DNA of 64,000 nucleotides, taken from NCBI GenBank assembly GCA_964106915.2, contig OZ066914.1; one strand, given 5' to 3'. How positions within the stretch are numbered: the stretch's first letter is position 1; each line of letters starts with the position of its first letter. The position numbers were made by a program, and so were the translations under genes. The notes beneath the pieces were generated by a model. It ran no database searches and was not told the DNA's origin. It was given only the letters and a program-made list of their open reading frames with translations. Positions 1-13,264 of this stretch are shown here, one piece after another. The DNA comes from Podarcis gaigeae. Its lineage: Eukaryota.

Positions 1-1486
1 GCGAGGGCTGCCCAATGAAAAGGCTTATAAAGTTTTCCAGACTATGAATTTTAAAAGGACTCAAATTAAGGCTTTAAATAGCTGTCACTGTTGTAAACTA
101 GAAAGTAAAAATTAATGAGGCAGGCAGAATGTATTTAATGTGGCTCAGGCAGGAAATGCCACATCAGGCAGGTAGTACTTAATGAGAAAATCAGCTTGAG
201 TTAGTACCAAGTTCGGGGTTGTTGTTGTTTTAAATCACCCTTAGCCATAATTTTTTTTGGTCTAAAGCTCTCCAGTGTCATTCAGCCTACTGAAAGGTTT
301 CAGCACCAGGCTGCTGTATATCATATAACCCCAAAACAGCAGCATCACAAGTTTGAGAAAGCAGGAATGCAGAATTGATCAAGTAATGGCAACATCAAAA
401 TGGCTTTCTGTGTGGTGAACAAGGAAATGGCTATTGAGAATTAGAAATGACTATGAAACTAATTTTTTACACAGCCAAGGCCCCTGTGCAAATTGGCTTA
501 AAAGAAGCTCTTTGCTGGTGTAGTTCACAAACTATTTTCTACCAGCCAATGAGCTTTTCATCCTTCCTGAATCCCGATTAGCTGCACACCAAAAGCTCAC
601 ATTTGATTGCAACATACAGTTAGAGTTAGATACTACCGGGATAATTATTGAGATAAGCATTTTTATTCTCCCATTCATGCATTTCCAACATATCAAATAG
701 CTATCAGCTTTTCAGACTCCTGAGCCCTGCTTCCATGGTATAACACTGATCTGAAATCCAACTATGTCAGCAAGGAGAAAACTTAAGCTTTTAGCTTGTA
801 ATAATGAAACAGTGTTGGTTGATCACAACCTCTTACTAGCATAGAGAGCTATGCAAATATGCAGGGCTGGCTGTTATTGGGCAGAAGACACGTATTGCTT
901 GCAGCATTAAAAACAGGCAGCTGTTTGTTTCTGTCTTCTTCCCACTCATAACTGGTGAAGTGCGGTGGTGACTGACAGGGCTATGGTCTGTTTTACCTCA
1001 ATTCTATACATCAGCCAAACCTATTAAAATTGAAGCCATAACAAACACATGTTCCAGCTTACATAAGCTTATATATAATGTTTTAAGCTCTATCTCTCAT
1101 GTTTCATTTAGTTCTCAGTCTTAGAAGGATGCTCTTTATTTCAGCTGCAGTCCATGAACCGTTTAAAGCAGCCACTGGATAGTTAACATCCCAATGCAGT
1201 GGGATGTTGCAATGTGCAAGGCAAGGAGTGGGATAAAACTAGGTACAAAGCCCTTGTGCTTATGGACCCTTTGGTATCCTGTTGGTCCTCCAAATGCTTT
1301 TGGACTGCAATAGCTCCTATTATAGCCCCACATCAGGGCTGTTGGGAGTTGTGGTTCAAAACATCTGGAAGGCGTCAGGTTAGTGAAGGCTGTGCTCGTG
1401 CAGGATTGAGAGTCATCATGTTGCATTGCGGCAACAGCAAACAGGGATGGCACAACAGTGCTGAGATGAGAAAGTCCTTGCACAGG

Positions 1487-1921
1487 TGTAATGGGAATTG
1501 GGGTTGCTCGTGCGTAAGTTGCCTCTACTCTTGGCAAAGTTGCCTGGTTAAACCTTTCCCTGGCTGCACAGCCCTTACTCCGCGGCTGTGTCAGTCACTG
1601 GCGGAATCCGTCAGTGGGCGTTTCCTGAACTTCTTCCAGCATAAAAGTTCTTTGACGCCAAGTCTCCGCCTAGCCTCCCTGCGTGGAAGTCTTCTGCGCA
1701 GGGTGGGCGTGGGCAGCGGAGGACCTGTGCTCTCACCGCTAGTTTCTGTGGAAGAGTCCTGGAGACATCTCTCCGAAGCCCTCCCCTGCTCCCCTTTCTT
1801 CCTGGTATCATGCTGATTTCCTTCCTCAGAGGAAGTGTTCCCTCTCTCCCTGCTGGGCCCTTCTCCGGCATCGCTGGGGAGCCTTACCTCCACTCCTGGC
1901 TCTGATGGCAGTTCCCTGACA
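1487..1921 (-). mobile_element. Solo LTR (probably Gypsy-type retrotransposon), 435 bp
   Basis: TG...CA termini (TGTAATGGGAA...TTCCCTGACA, imperfect inverted ends), perfect 5-bp TSD ACAGG (1482-1486 and 1922-1926), GC-richer than flanks. Confidence 0.8.
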
Positions 1922-2186
1922 ACAGGTTTTAAGACGAATGAAGGGGGACATGGCAGAGACTGGACAAGAGAATGGTGGTGCTACCCATAAGAATGCAAAG
2001 AAGGACTAGTTTACATGCTTGTACTAGTTTACATGCAGCAGCCCTATAGGCTGGGTTCCTGGAAGTCCTTGTCCCATTGACACCAGTGGAATGAAGCTAG
2101 CAGTTATTTTGCTTTAATGATCTTGTGGTTTTCGCTGCCCTTAGGTTTTGGAAACCCAGCCAGATGGGCAGGGTATAAATAATAAA

Positions 2187-2215
2187 CATCATCATCATCA
2201 TCATCATCATCATCT

Positions 2216-2250
<35 letters not shown>

Positions 2251-2253
2251 TTT
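2187..2253. repeat. Compound microsatellite (CAT)n then (TTTA)n, following a retroposon 3' tail
   Basis: Seen directly; preceded by GGGCAGGGTATAAATAATAAA. Confidence 0.9.
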
Positions 2254-3598
2254 CTGGGTGGGAGGTATATGCATTAATGTTTGCCTTCCTTTGGAATTGA
2301 AAGTGTGGTTAATACACAGCAGTTTAAATGTGCTAAGGATGTTGAATGAATAATGAACACATATTCAGTTGTGAGCAAAACCCTGCTTTCTTACCCACCA
2401 TTTAGTCCTCCTGACACCTGTTTTCGTAGAATCAAGCTCCTTTCTCCACTTCTGCGTGGCTAGTGGTTGGGCTGCCTCTCAAAGTACATTCAAACAGCCA
2501 AGAAATCATATAGATCCTAACAGTGAATTTTCAGCTAGTCATTTAAGACTAGAATAGAGGAAGGAGACTATTTTACACTCTAGAGGGTTAGGATTACTAG
2601 ATTGTGAATGTGATGGCATTTCAGAACCCTGTTCTTTCCAGCCACCAGGTTTAATTCTGAAATATTCAATATTTATTGCTCCTCCAGCTGCTCGCCAAAG
2701 ACATGAAAATACTGTCTTTATTTGCATAGCCTGTTAGCAGAGAATAGTTGTAATAAAAGCAATGGGATGGAAACAAATTCACTTGAGCAAAGCAATTTTT
2801 TGTTTCCTGTGTGTCTGTTCTGTTCTGGTTCTTTAAACAGCTCTCCCTCCTTCACTGAATGTGCATTTCACTAAGAATCTCTGCTTGCTAATAGTGCTGC
2901 AAAAAACAGCCTTGTGTTATTAGTGAAGAAGGGATTCTTCAAGTTTATATGGATATTTGTTTCTGAGGCAAGACTAAAATATATTTTCCTGCAAACAGGG
3001 CTCTTGAACTTTCTGAAGGATGGGGAATGCGTTTGTTTTAGACCCCACCCCTTCTAATATCACTTAAATTGGAAAGGGGTTGCACTCTAGCAAATGTTTG
3101 TTCGGAGAAACAAACTCCTTCCCCTTTCCCCCAACACACTAGACCCTCTTTTCTTAAGGGCTTGCAGTGTGGGTCTATATATACTGCTCTCCCAACAATT
3201 TGCATGGTGGTGTGATTCTGATTGGCTGGCTTTGGCAACAGGTACACCAGAAGCATTTAGGGATCATCATCATGGGGGGAAAAAACCCTGCTGCATTGGC
3301 ACAGAATTGCTTGCTAAGTTTTATGCTGCTAATGTGGTTTATATCTGCTGCCACTGGTAATTTGAAGACCACAGGTGGTGTCTTGAGCTTATTCAAGGGG
3401 GCAGGAACTAGTGGGAATCCCTGAGTAGCAGATTGGGAAAGACAGTGCACACAACCTTCTCTGGCCTCCACTTCTCCCAATATCCTCAGAATGCTTTCCA
3501 CAAGCAATAATGAGTTCATTAATAGTATCTGCTGAACTGCTTATTAAGTGCAGTTTTGTAGAGAGGCTTGGGATGGCATCAATTAGCAAGCAGAAAGT

Positions 3599-3634
<36 letters not shown>

Positions 3635-4600
3635 ATGCTAATCCACATTTCAATAATAATGACCATAGAAGGTCTTTCTAGCAGTTAATGCTCTGAGAAC
3701 AGGAAACAGTCATGAAGGCTGTCCCAAAGAGGGAGAAAATTCAAATGGACAAAGGAACCACATTGCAACAGAACTAGTAATATACAGCTGAGCCTTTTGA
3801 TGTTTTCCTTCCCAACTTAATGATTGCAGATCTTGATCTCAATGAGGATATTTGCTATTGTTTGTAACTCAGTGCAACAGCATCATCTATTTGCGGTTTA
3901 ATTTGCATCACGTAGCTGGCACTTGTTCTCTTGTGAATGTGAAGGCAATTTTTGAATGGCTGTTGCCCAGCTACGCTTGCCCAAAATAATCATTGTGTTT
4001 GATTGTTATCCTCAACCAATAGTAATCTCAATTCTCTCAGTGCCAATCCAAATAGCAACCAAAATAATCTTGCCTAAAAGCACAAGGAAGTTATAAGCAG
4101 ACCCTGGGGAACCCTGAGGTTTTCAGAAGTTTATATGGAGTGGATCGGCTGGATCTCTATAAATAGAAGAACTTCACCTGCAGCATTTTGTTGCAGGTTC
4201 CACCTGGATATACTGACAGCCATCTCAATGTGCCTAGCGCTGGTCCTCATGTAACTAAAACAGCACCAACCACACATAAGAGAGAGTTATCAGCAGACTT
4301 GGGGAAATCCCAAGAACTGGAGAAGTACCCCCCCACACACACACACAAAATCTGTTAGGGAAAAAACCTTTCAAGAGATTGGGGCAAGCTCCCAAAACAA
4401 TCTAATGAGAAGTGGGCATGGATTTTCTTATTTTGGTGTGTAAGGGGATAGAGACTTATTGGGAAGTGGGATTATAATGGAATCCCAGAGAAGGAGCAGT
4501 CCACTCTGCGACATTTTGTTTGCAAGCCCCACTTATTTTCCTAATTGTGAAACATGCTCACTAGTGACTCTTGTCTACCAAAGTTCCAAAGATGTTTTGA

Positions 4601-4987
<387 letters not shown>

Positions 4988-5406
4988 TGAATTCAATTCA
5001 CTGCAAACCATTTCCCTGATCTGGAAGGCCATATTGACTAGTGTCCTGAAGGCAGAAATGTGAGGTCATGAATTGAGCTCAAGGGGTTCCTGAGAACAAC
5101 TGAGACAATTATGTTCCTGCTAGCCTACAATGCAAAACCTCTCCTTTTCTTTTGCATTGATACATCCCTCCCTCACACATAATGCAGAATTAGATGGGCA
5201 AAATTACTTACTTTGTGGAAGGAGCTATTTTGACTGATTAAACTACTAGGAAAAAAACACCCTCTGGGCTAGATTTGAAAAGCAATAGTTCTAGCATAGG
5301 GATATTAGGGAACTGTTTACCCTTTCCAAGTGTAATGTTTGTGCTAAATAACATGTTTTGCCAGCGCATCACTTAAGTCCTTTGTGGACTTTCTGTGCAG
5401 CTTGCT

Positions 5407-5549
5407 TAGCTCACTTGGTTAGAGCACAGTGCTGAAGACGCCAAGGTTGCAGGTTCGATCCCTGTATGGGGCAGCTGCATATTCCTGCATTGCAGAGGAT
5501 TGGACTAGACGATCATCAGGGTCCCTTCCAACTCTACAGTTCTATGATT
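5407..5549 (+). mobile_element. tRNA-derived SINE with CR1-like 3' tail (POM/Squam2-like)
   Basis: A box TAGCTCACTTGG, B box GTTCGATCC, tail GGTCCCTTCCAACTCTACAGTTCTATGATT. Confidence 0.8.
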
Positions 5550-5682
5550 TGGAGCCTATGTAATCCTAAATATTGTTGGGTTTTTTAAAACTCTGTACAG
5601 CACTTGATCATTAACAAGTGGAAGAAAAGGTTCCCCCCCCCCCCGACCTTTTGAGTTGCACAGCCTACACTACGGTGTAAAT

Positions 5683-5812
5683 CAGGCATAGGCAAGCTCT
5701 GGCCCTCCAGATGTTTGGGACTACAATTCCCACCATCCCTAGCTAACAGCGGTCAGGGATGATGGGAATTGTAGTCCCAAACATCTGGAGGGCCGGAGTT
5801 TGCCTATTCCTG
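5683..5812. mobile_element. hAT-type MITE, 130 bp, near-perfect palindrome
   Basis: TIRs CAGGCATAGGCAAG...TTTGCCTATTCCTG, perfect 8-bp TSD GTGTAAAT (5675-5682 and 5813-5820). Confidence 0.92.
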
Positions 5813-5891
5813 GTGTAAATGGAAAGAGTTGCTCAAATCCTCCTCAGTGGCTTCTGACGTATTAATGGTCAGGATGAAGAGGCAGCTTTAA

Positions 5892-6038
<147 letters not shown>

Positions 6039-6936
6039 TAATGTAAAGGTGCTGGGGAGCAGCCTGTGACTTGTAGTCTTTGCATGGCCTAGAGAATTTG
6101 GATGCTGCCTGGTCCTTACCTCAACTGTTTTAGCAGCAATGTTAAGACCATTTGCAGTGGACTTGCCATCACAGTCCATTAAAGGCTGTGTGTGTGTAGC
6201 AATTGTACTCTGAAAGCTGCCCTATCAGCTCAGGGGAAAGGGCTGAGGCCACGAAAGGCTTCTTCCCACACTATACTCGGCACACAATAATGCCTTTATT
6301 ATCCTCATATCTTATGTAAATTAAAGTGCTTGTGCTGTTTACTTTTGTACTTCCCAGTTTGTGGATACATAGCCCAGTTCAAACATTACTGCATTCCTGG
6401 CTTCTTAAACCATAGTTTAACAAGCCAGGAATGAGTGTTCCCCCTCCCCCCCATGAACCTCCCCTGCATATCACCTCATTCCTATAATTGATGCACCAAA
6501 CATCAATGTCTGTAACAAGGAATGGTGGCTTAATGCTGATTTACTAACCAGGATTTTAGACTACGTTCAGATGAGGAACCACCATTTAAGCTAACTGTAG
6601 TTTCAGCTAAACGATGGTTTTAGCAAGCTGGGGATGCATTGTGGCTGTATAAATATGTAATGGCATGTAATCCTGTTCTTGTACACATAATCTCCTTTGG
6701 CCTGTCATTAGCCAATTTATTGAGCCAATCCAATAGCAATCAGTAAAAGAATATATATTATTTATTTTTATTATTCACTTGGCACTAGAAACCTCAGAAC
6801 TTTTTTTTACATACTGAAAAGTTTTGTAGTTGGCGTTGTGGAAAGGCTTCAACTGAAGCAGAGGTGAAACTTACTCGTGCTCGGATTCTTACTGAGTATA
6901 GGACAAAAAACAAACCCCATTCCTGAATGAGTATAG

Positions 6937-7119
<183 letters not shown>

Positions 7120-8289
7120 TAACTTGCCCATAAGATGAGAGAAAGGAGGTCTCTGAAGAGCTCAGATGTTTTGGTTTACTTGATTTCTGTCTGTTAGTTC
7201 CTGGTGGAGATTTAGACTAGCAGCAGGTAAGGAAGTCTTTGGACTTTAGAAACACAACTCAGGTAATTCCCAAAGTTAGACTGGCACATTCAGCCAAGAC
7301 ACATTAGAGACTAATCTTTTCTTAGGCTGACTGAGGTTATCATCCAGGTGAAAATTGGGCTTGACATCCTTGGAGAAAGCATGTGGGTGACCAAGCCCAG
7401 AAATGTGTTTTGGGAAGCTGTAGTGGAAAGCATGGCTCCAATTCCATAGTGGAATGCATAGTTAGCGGAGTCATCTGCTGCTTGTACAAAACTGCATGGT
7501 TGTCCACATTACTTTTTCTTTAAGCTACAATTGTAAGCCCCTTGGGTTCAATTGTAAGCCCCTTTCAGAAACACTGTTGTAAGCTGCTCCAGCTTAAATC
7601 ATGATAGGCAGAGGTAACAGGAAAACAAAATTTTGCTGCTGGGCAGATCTGGGAATGTGGTTGCCCAAAGAGGCATCATATATTCCTTCCCACTGTCTTG
7701 TAGAAGCTGTTAAGTTGCTATAGTCCCATGATAAACCATGAATCTGATCTCCTTGTTCATTACGGAAAATGGATAAAAGTGTAACATTTTTTCTCTAGTA
7801 ACCTAAGAAGCGTGTCATCTTGGTCAGTAAAAATAGCATCTTTTTTGTGACTGACACCTCCAGCCCTGATTATTTTAACAGTAACCAAAACCATATATTT
7901 TACTAGGTGAGGTTTCTTGCATCCCTGACAGACATAGCTAACAGTGGTTGCTCATTCCTCCTACCCTGCTTCAACAGTTTTGCTGATTCGCTGTTGATAG
8001 AAAGGTGGTGATTGGTGGCATTATAATTATTGCCATGGCAACATCATATGAAGTTGCTAGGAGGGGAAGATGTCTGTGCGAGTCAGCATTTTTATGCTGA
8101 GGTAGGCGAGATGCAGTAAGAGACTCTAGCATTCATTTCTTATGTCAGCAAAATCAGCATGCTTGTGATAATATTGTTAGCAACCAAAAGTGAAATGATC
8201 CTTATAGTAACTACGGTTCCACACAGAGAGACCCCTCTCGTGACTATATCTGAGTGCAGCCTGGCTTTGTGTTCATGGGTCTACATATA

Positions 8290-8584
8290 CAGTGGTGCCT
8301 CGCAAGACGAAATTAATCCATTCCGCGAGTCTCTTCGTCTTGCGGTTTTTTCGTCTTGCGAAGCGCGGCTATTAGTGGCTTAGCGGCTATTAACGGCTTA
8401 GCAGCTTAGCGGCTATTAATGGCTTAGCGGCTTAAAGAAAAAGGAAAAGAACTCGCAAGACGTTTCGTCTTGCGAAGCAAGCCCATAGGGAAATTCGTCT
8501 AGCGAAGCGATGCAAAAACCGAAAAACCCTTTCGTCTTGCGCGTTTTTCGTTTTGCGAGGCATTCGTCTTGCGGGGCACCACTG
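8290..8584. mobile_element. Tc1/mariner (Tigger-like) MITE with internal tandem repeats
   Basis: TA TSD, TIRs CAGTGGTGCCTCGCAAGACGAA...TTCGTCTTGCGGGGCACCACTG, internal GGCTTAGCGGCTATTAA-like repeats, CpG-rich. Confidence 0.9.
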
Positions 8585-9472
8585 TACCTAAACTTCCTAA
8601 TAACTATAGTGTATGCTGTATGGTACTCTGAGAAAGATACCTCAACAAGTATACTTGTCTCAGACAGACAATCCCAAGCTGTCCTCCCTTTTGGTGCAAT
8701 TATTTGCACCCTTAACTTGGTGTAGGCCTCATTTAGATCAGTTCTACAGGCTGCAAGTCATGAAAAAATTGTTTTTGTATCCTCAAATTTTAACAAAACA
8801 AAGGTAGATATTTCAACCAATATATCTATCAATTTTGGATAAGAGAAGACAGAACAAAGGAAAACTGGGGTGGGCCTCATCTTCTCTAACCTGTTTAACA
8901 TTCAGCGCAAGAGAACCCACTGAAACAAAAACCCTATATAGTATAGTGGAGATTCTATATGTGTAGAGGGCGGCTTCTCATACTGCCCCTTACCAAGACA
9001 GGGCATTAAAAAGATTTGCACCTTCTCTAGTTGCAACTTACACAAATCAGGGACAAACATCTTAAGCTGACAGCAATCCTGCTCAGTACTCGTCCAGGAA
9101 GTAAGCAGACTAGTGGAAAGGGGAGATCACGGAATCTGTGATATACTTTCAAAGTCCTTAAAGAAGATGTTACAGAGAGGCCTTTTGGAAAATGCACATA
9201 GCCCTCATAGTTGCCCTTTACTGCATTTGTGGTGGTGGGAAGTGGAGGTCCTGTCAACACTCCACCCCCTAGTTCACTAGTAGAAACAATCTGACCTGGG
9301 GGTGTTAAGTGCATATTTTTGTGGTATGTGCAACTCATATTAATGTTGTAATTATCAGTTAGTCTAGAATATGACTCTAATGATCTCACTTATCAATGCC
9401 CTAGTATGGTATATAAATTGTTTCTTCTGCCATGTTTTTACATATTGCTAACTTAAATTATTTATTTCCTAG

Positions 9473-9679
<207 letters not shown>

Positions 9680-11247
9680 TAGACTAGAATTACTGCAGAT
9701 TATTTTTTTCTACTGGCTGGATCCTATCCTGATAACATTTGAATAACAGCACAAGAAGCGTGGATAATGGAAGGTTCTATGTCAGGGCCCCTAGGGAGCA
9801 GCAGCATGGATAAAGGAACCTTCTAACATGATCTGCCACATAATTCTGATGTGAGATCTGACCTTGATGAAGTAGTCTCCATGCATCACCAGAAATGTAT
9901 AAGCCAGGCCTAAGATGAATGACAGCATGGTTGCATTTATACTTTCTCCCAAATTTCCCTTGTATTCTCTGTACTTCCCAAAACAAGCTCCGTAGCTTGT
10001 TATTGTGGAGCTCATTTGTAAATTCAGTAGTAACAGGACACCTGTTTCTGACTGGGCTGGGACTCCACCATGGACAAACAAGCTGAATTCTCAACAAACA
10101 GCAAATGACATGGTATCTCCACAGTACATAAGGAGAGGTGGAACCAAAGGCAGATCATCCCGCATTGTCTCTTACATACTAGTTACATTTCTCTGGGCAT
10201 TTTATTTCCTGAGCCACCACACTTGTTAATCAAGGGATCTAGCATGTGACCATTATAACATTCAGTCCTCAGCAGCTAGATTCCTGGAAACATGTGTTAA
10301 ATTTCCCCTTTTGCCATGTTGTTGCTTTTGCATTTTGAAAATCTACACTGGCTCTGAAATCCACATTTTTCAAGTTGCCTTTGTTGCTCTGTTCCCTTTT
10401 GTGGCATCCCCCCCCCTTAAAATTTGGGAGAACATTTTGTACTGGCCATGCTCTGTCCATTCCTCATTACCTCTATCCAGGGAGCTTTTGTGAGCTAAAG
10501 AGGACAGTGTATTCGACTATTTTTATTTTTAACAATCATCTTTATCAGGACTTCTTTCATATGCATAGAGTGGTGTTAGATGCAGCTAGGTAATGAGACC
10601 TAATTCATCCCAGCAGGTAGCCTCAGATGGAGTCCCAAAGTTGCTGGCTCTGAATTTTACAAAGGGCATTTCTTATCCTTTGCCACCAAACTGAACTATC
10701 ACAGGTTACTGAGACAAATGTAGGTCCCATGAAAGCTCACAGAAGAAGCAGATGGTTAGGTGCATGGCAATAGGGTTCTCTTTTTGTGCTATGGCAACTA
10801 TTGTTCTCCATCACCATTATCCTCCTCAAAGCAGCAAGGAAACACTATGAAAACATTACATGGCCTGAGCTTGAGAGGTGATAAGCACCTGCTTTCCTTA
10901 GATGTTTGGAAAACTCAGACTAACAGCCTATTGAGAATGGTGTAGAAGGTGGCCATTTGCTTTCATTCACTGAAACAGCAGCTTAAGATCGTCTTTCATC
11001 TTCTCAATTTAGCACACACAATTCTTCTGTGTCCTACTGGGCACTTGCATCAAGAATATGTATTTTTTGTGGTAAGGAGAAGAGGACATGGACAATTGTC
11101 CTAACCAAGGGGGGGAATCGTCTTCCAAGAAAGTATCTAAAAGACCTATATGTAGAGAATGTGTAGGTTCTAATAGTCACTCCCACCCCTCACCTGGTGT
11201 CCCCATAACCTTTTGGTGATCCATCTCGCTTTGCTCACGTCCCATGA

Positions 11248-11460
<213 letters not shown>

Positions 11461-13178
11461 TAGCTACGGGCATCTTTATTATTATTTTTGGCAGAGTTGG
11501 CTTGTTGGCTCCAAATGGCTTTCTGTGTATGTATCATTTTGGGGGTGCAGATGGGGTCAAACACAATCCCACAGTCAGTGATGTAGTGCAGATCTGTACA
11601 AGTCAGCGGGTCACTTTCATGGCATTGGGAGCTCTGCTTTTATCCACAGGACACAAAGATCTCTCTCTCTCGAGGTGAATCTCAGGGGGGGAAAGTATTT
11701 TGCATAGTAATTTGTCATGCATAGTGATCCAGCATCATAACATTCTACATGCCAGCTGATTCATGCTGAATTGCTTTGCTGTGCGATTGAGCCTCCTTAT
11801 TTTGCAAAAGAGCATAATTTTAAGAAATAAGACCTGGATGCCGCAGAACAGAAAATGTGCATTCTGTTTGCCAAATTCTCTGAAAACATTACTGACAGGA
11901 TGTCCCAAACAGGAAGTTTCCACAGAACATTGCAGTTTGATGAATCAACTATTCTTTGGTATCTGAGAACTCATCGTAGAGCAAATGGGTTCTGCAGTAC
12001 AAGTCTCTGCTTGTTCACTCAGAAGTTAAGTCACTCTCAGTTCAGTAAGGTGTTCTCCCAAGTAAGTGTGTAAGTAGGCCGAAGCTTGAAAGTCGATCCA
12101 GAAGTCATGTCATTTCCCTCAAAAGTAGACTAAATGCTAACCTTTCACCAGCTACAGCTTAAGACAGTGGTGGATAGAAGTTGTGGGGCACCTACTTTTT
12201 TCTGGGATACTTGCAGAAAATGCTGAACCTGATGGTTCTAGTTAGGGTATTCCTCATGTTCTTAAGCAATTGTGCATTATCAGATTATGCCTTAATTTTT
12301 AAGAGATCCTGAGCATGCACTCTTGCTTGGTGGGCCAGAAGGGTTCTGATAGAAAGTAGATCATGGAATACTGAAGCCTTGCCTAAATGGACAGATATGC
12401 ATGTCTGTGTCTTCTAAAGTGAAACAGGGAGCAGTATGATAATACTTCAGATGTAAACTGCATTTCTAGAACTCCTAGTGACATGCCATTGGCATTCTGT
12501 CATTTTACTGCAATTGCACAATGCAGTTACCTTAAAATCAACAGTACCAGGCAAGGGGTTACTCCACATCTTTTTCCAATGCACACAGCTGAAGTTAAAA
12601 AAAAAAATCCATCCATTTTTAATCTGCAGTTTTATAGATGGAATATCTGGTAGCTGTGCCCACAGCACAACGGGAAGAGCTGTATGCTCAGAAAATGCAC
12701 ATGGGACAGCCCTAGTAAGATGTCAAGGCAGATCTTCTCTGCCTTGCATCTGGGTTTTGTTATGCCTTTTGACTTCTATATAGTGTCTTCATCAAATTTA
12801 GCTACTTTATTCTTGTATGTAGAATGGGCACATGGCACTGGCTGTTTACTCCCCAGATAAAGCTAGATTTGCCCATCTGCAAGTGGGTTGAGGCTACTGA
12901 CTGTGGAGTTGTGTCAAAGCAATGTGGACTAGGCTGGTTGCTTGGAAACCAAAGCTGAAAACGGGAGGTGGGAACGAGTGCCACAGGAGTCCACAAAGCC
13001 AACCCTGCCGGTCACGTTCTGATCCGAATTCCCAGCTCTCCGCATGGAAATCTGTTTGGCCTGTCCTGCAATGCATGATGGGAAGTTTTCCCCTCTCTTA
13101 CCACCCATGACTGTTTTATTTTATTCTGTGTGCTGCTTCTTACTTTATCCTTTCAACCTCTTCTCCTTCTTTGCACAG

Positions 13179-13264
13179 ATATTATAGGCACGCTAAGGCC
13201 GGATGAGAAGGCCATTATGACCTATGTTTCATGTTACTACCACGCCTTCTCAGGTGCGCAGAAG
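13179..13264 (+). CDS. ACTN1: Alpha-actinin-1 mutually exclusive exon 8b, [29 protein letters not shown]
   Basis: Paralogue of 8a with identical length (86 nt) and phase; long pyrimidine tract plus cag acceptor, gtgaga donor, no stop codons. Confidence 0.9.

Noticed and set aside
1163-1816. 205-aa and 124-aa ORFs
   Set aside because: They span MITE and LTR sequence inside an intron, with no recognisable domain
5407-5475. Possible tRNA gene
   Set aside because: A and B boxes are present but run into a CR1-like tail with no proper acceptor stem, so it is a SINE head
7528-7564. Short direct duplications (also near 2005-2037, 18591-18633 and 18893-18970)
   Set aside because: Ordinary slippage or repair duplications deep in introns, with no functional signal
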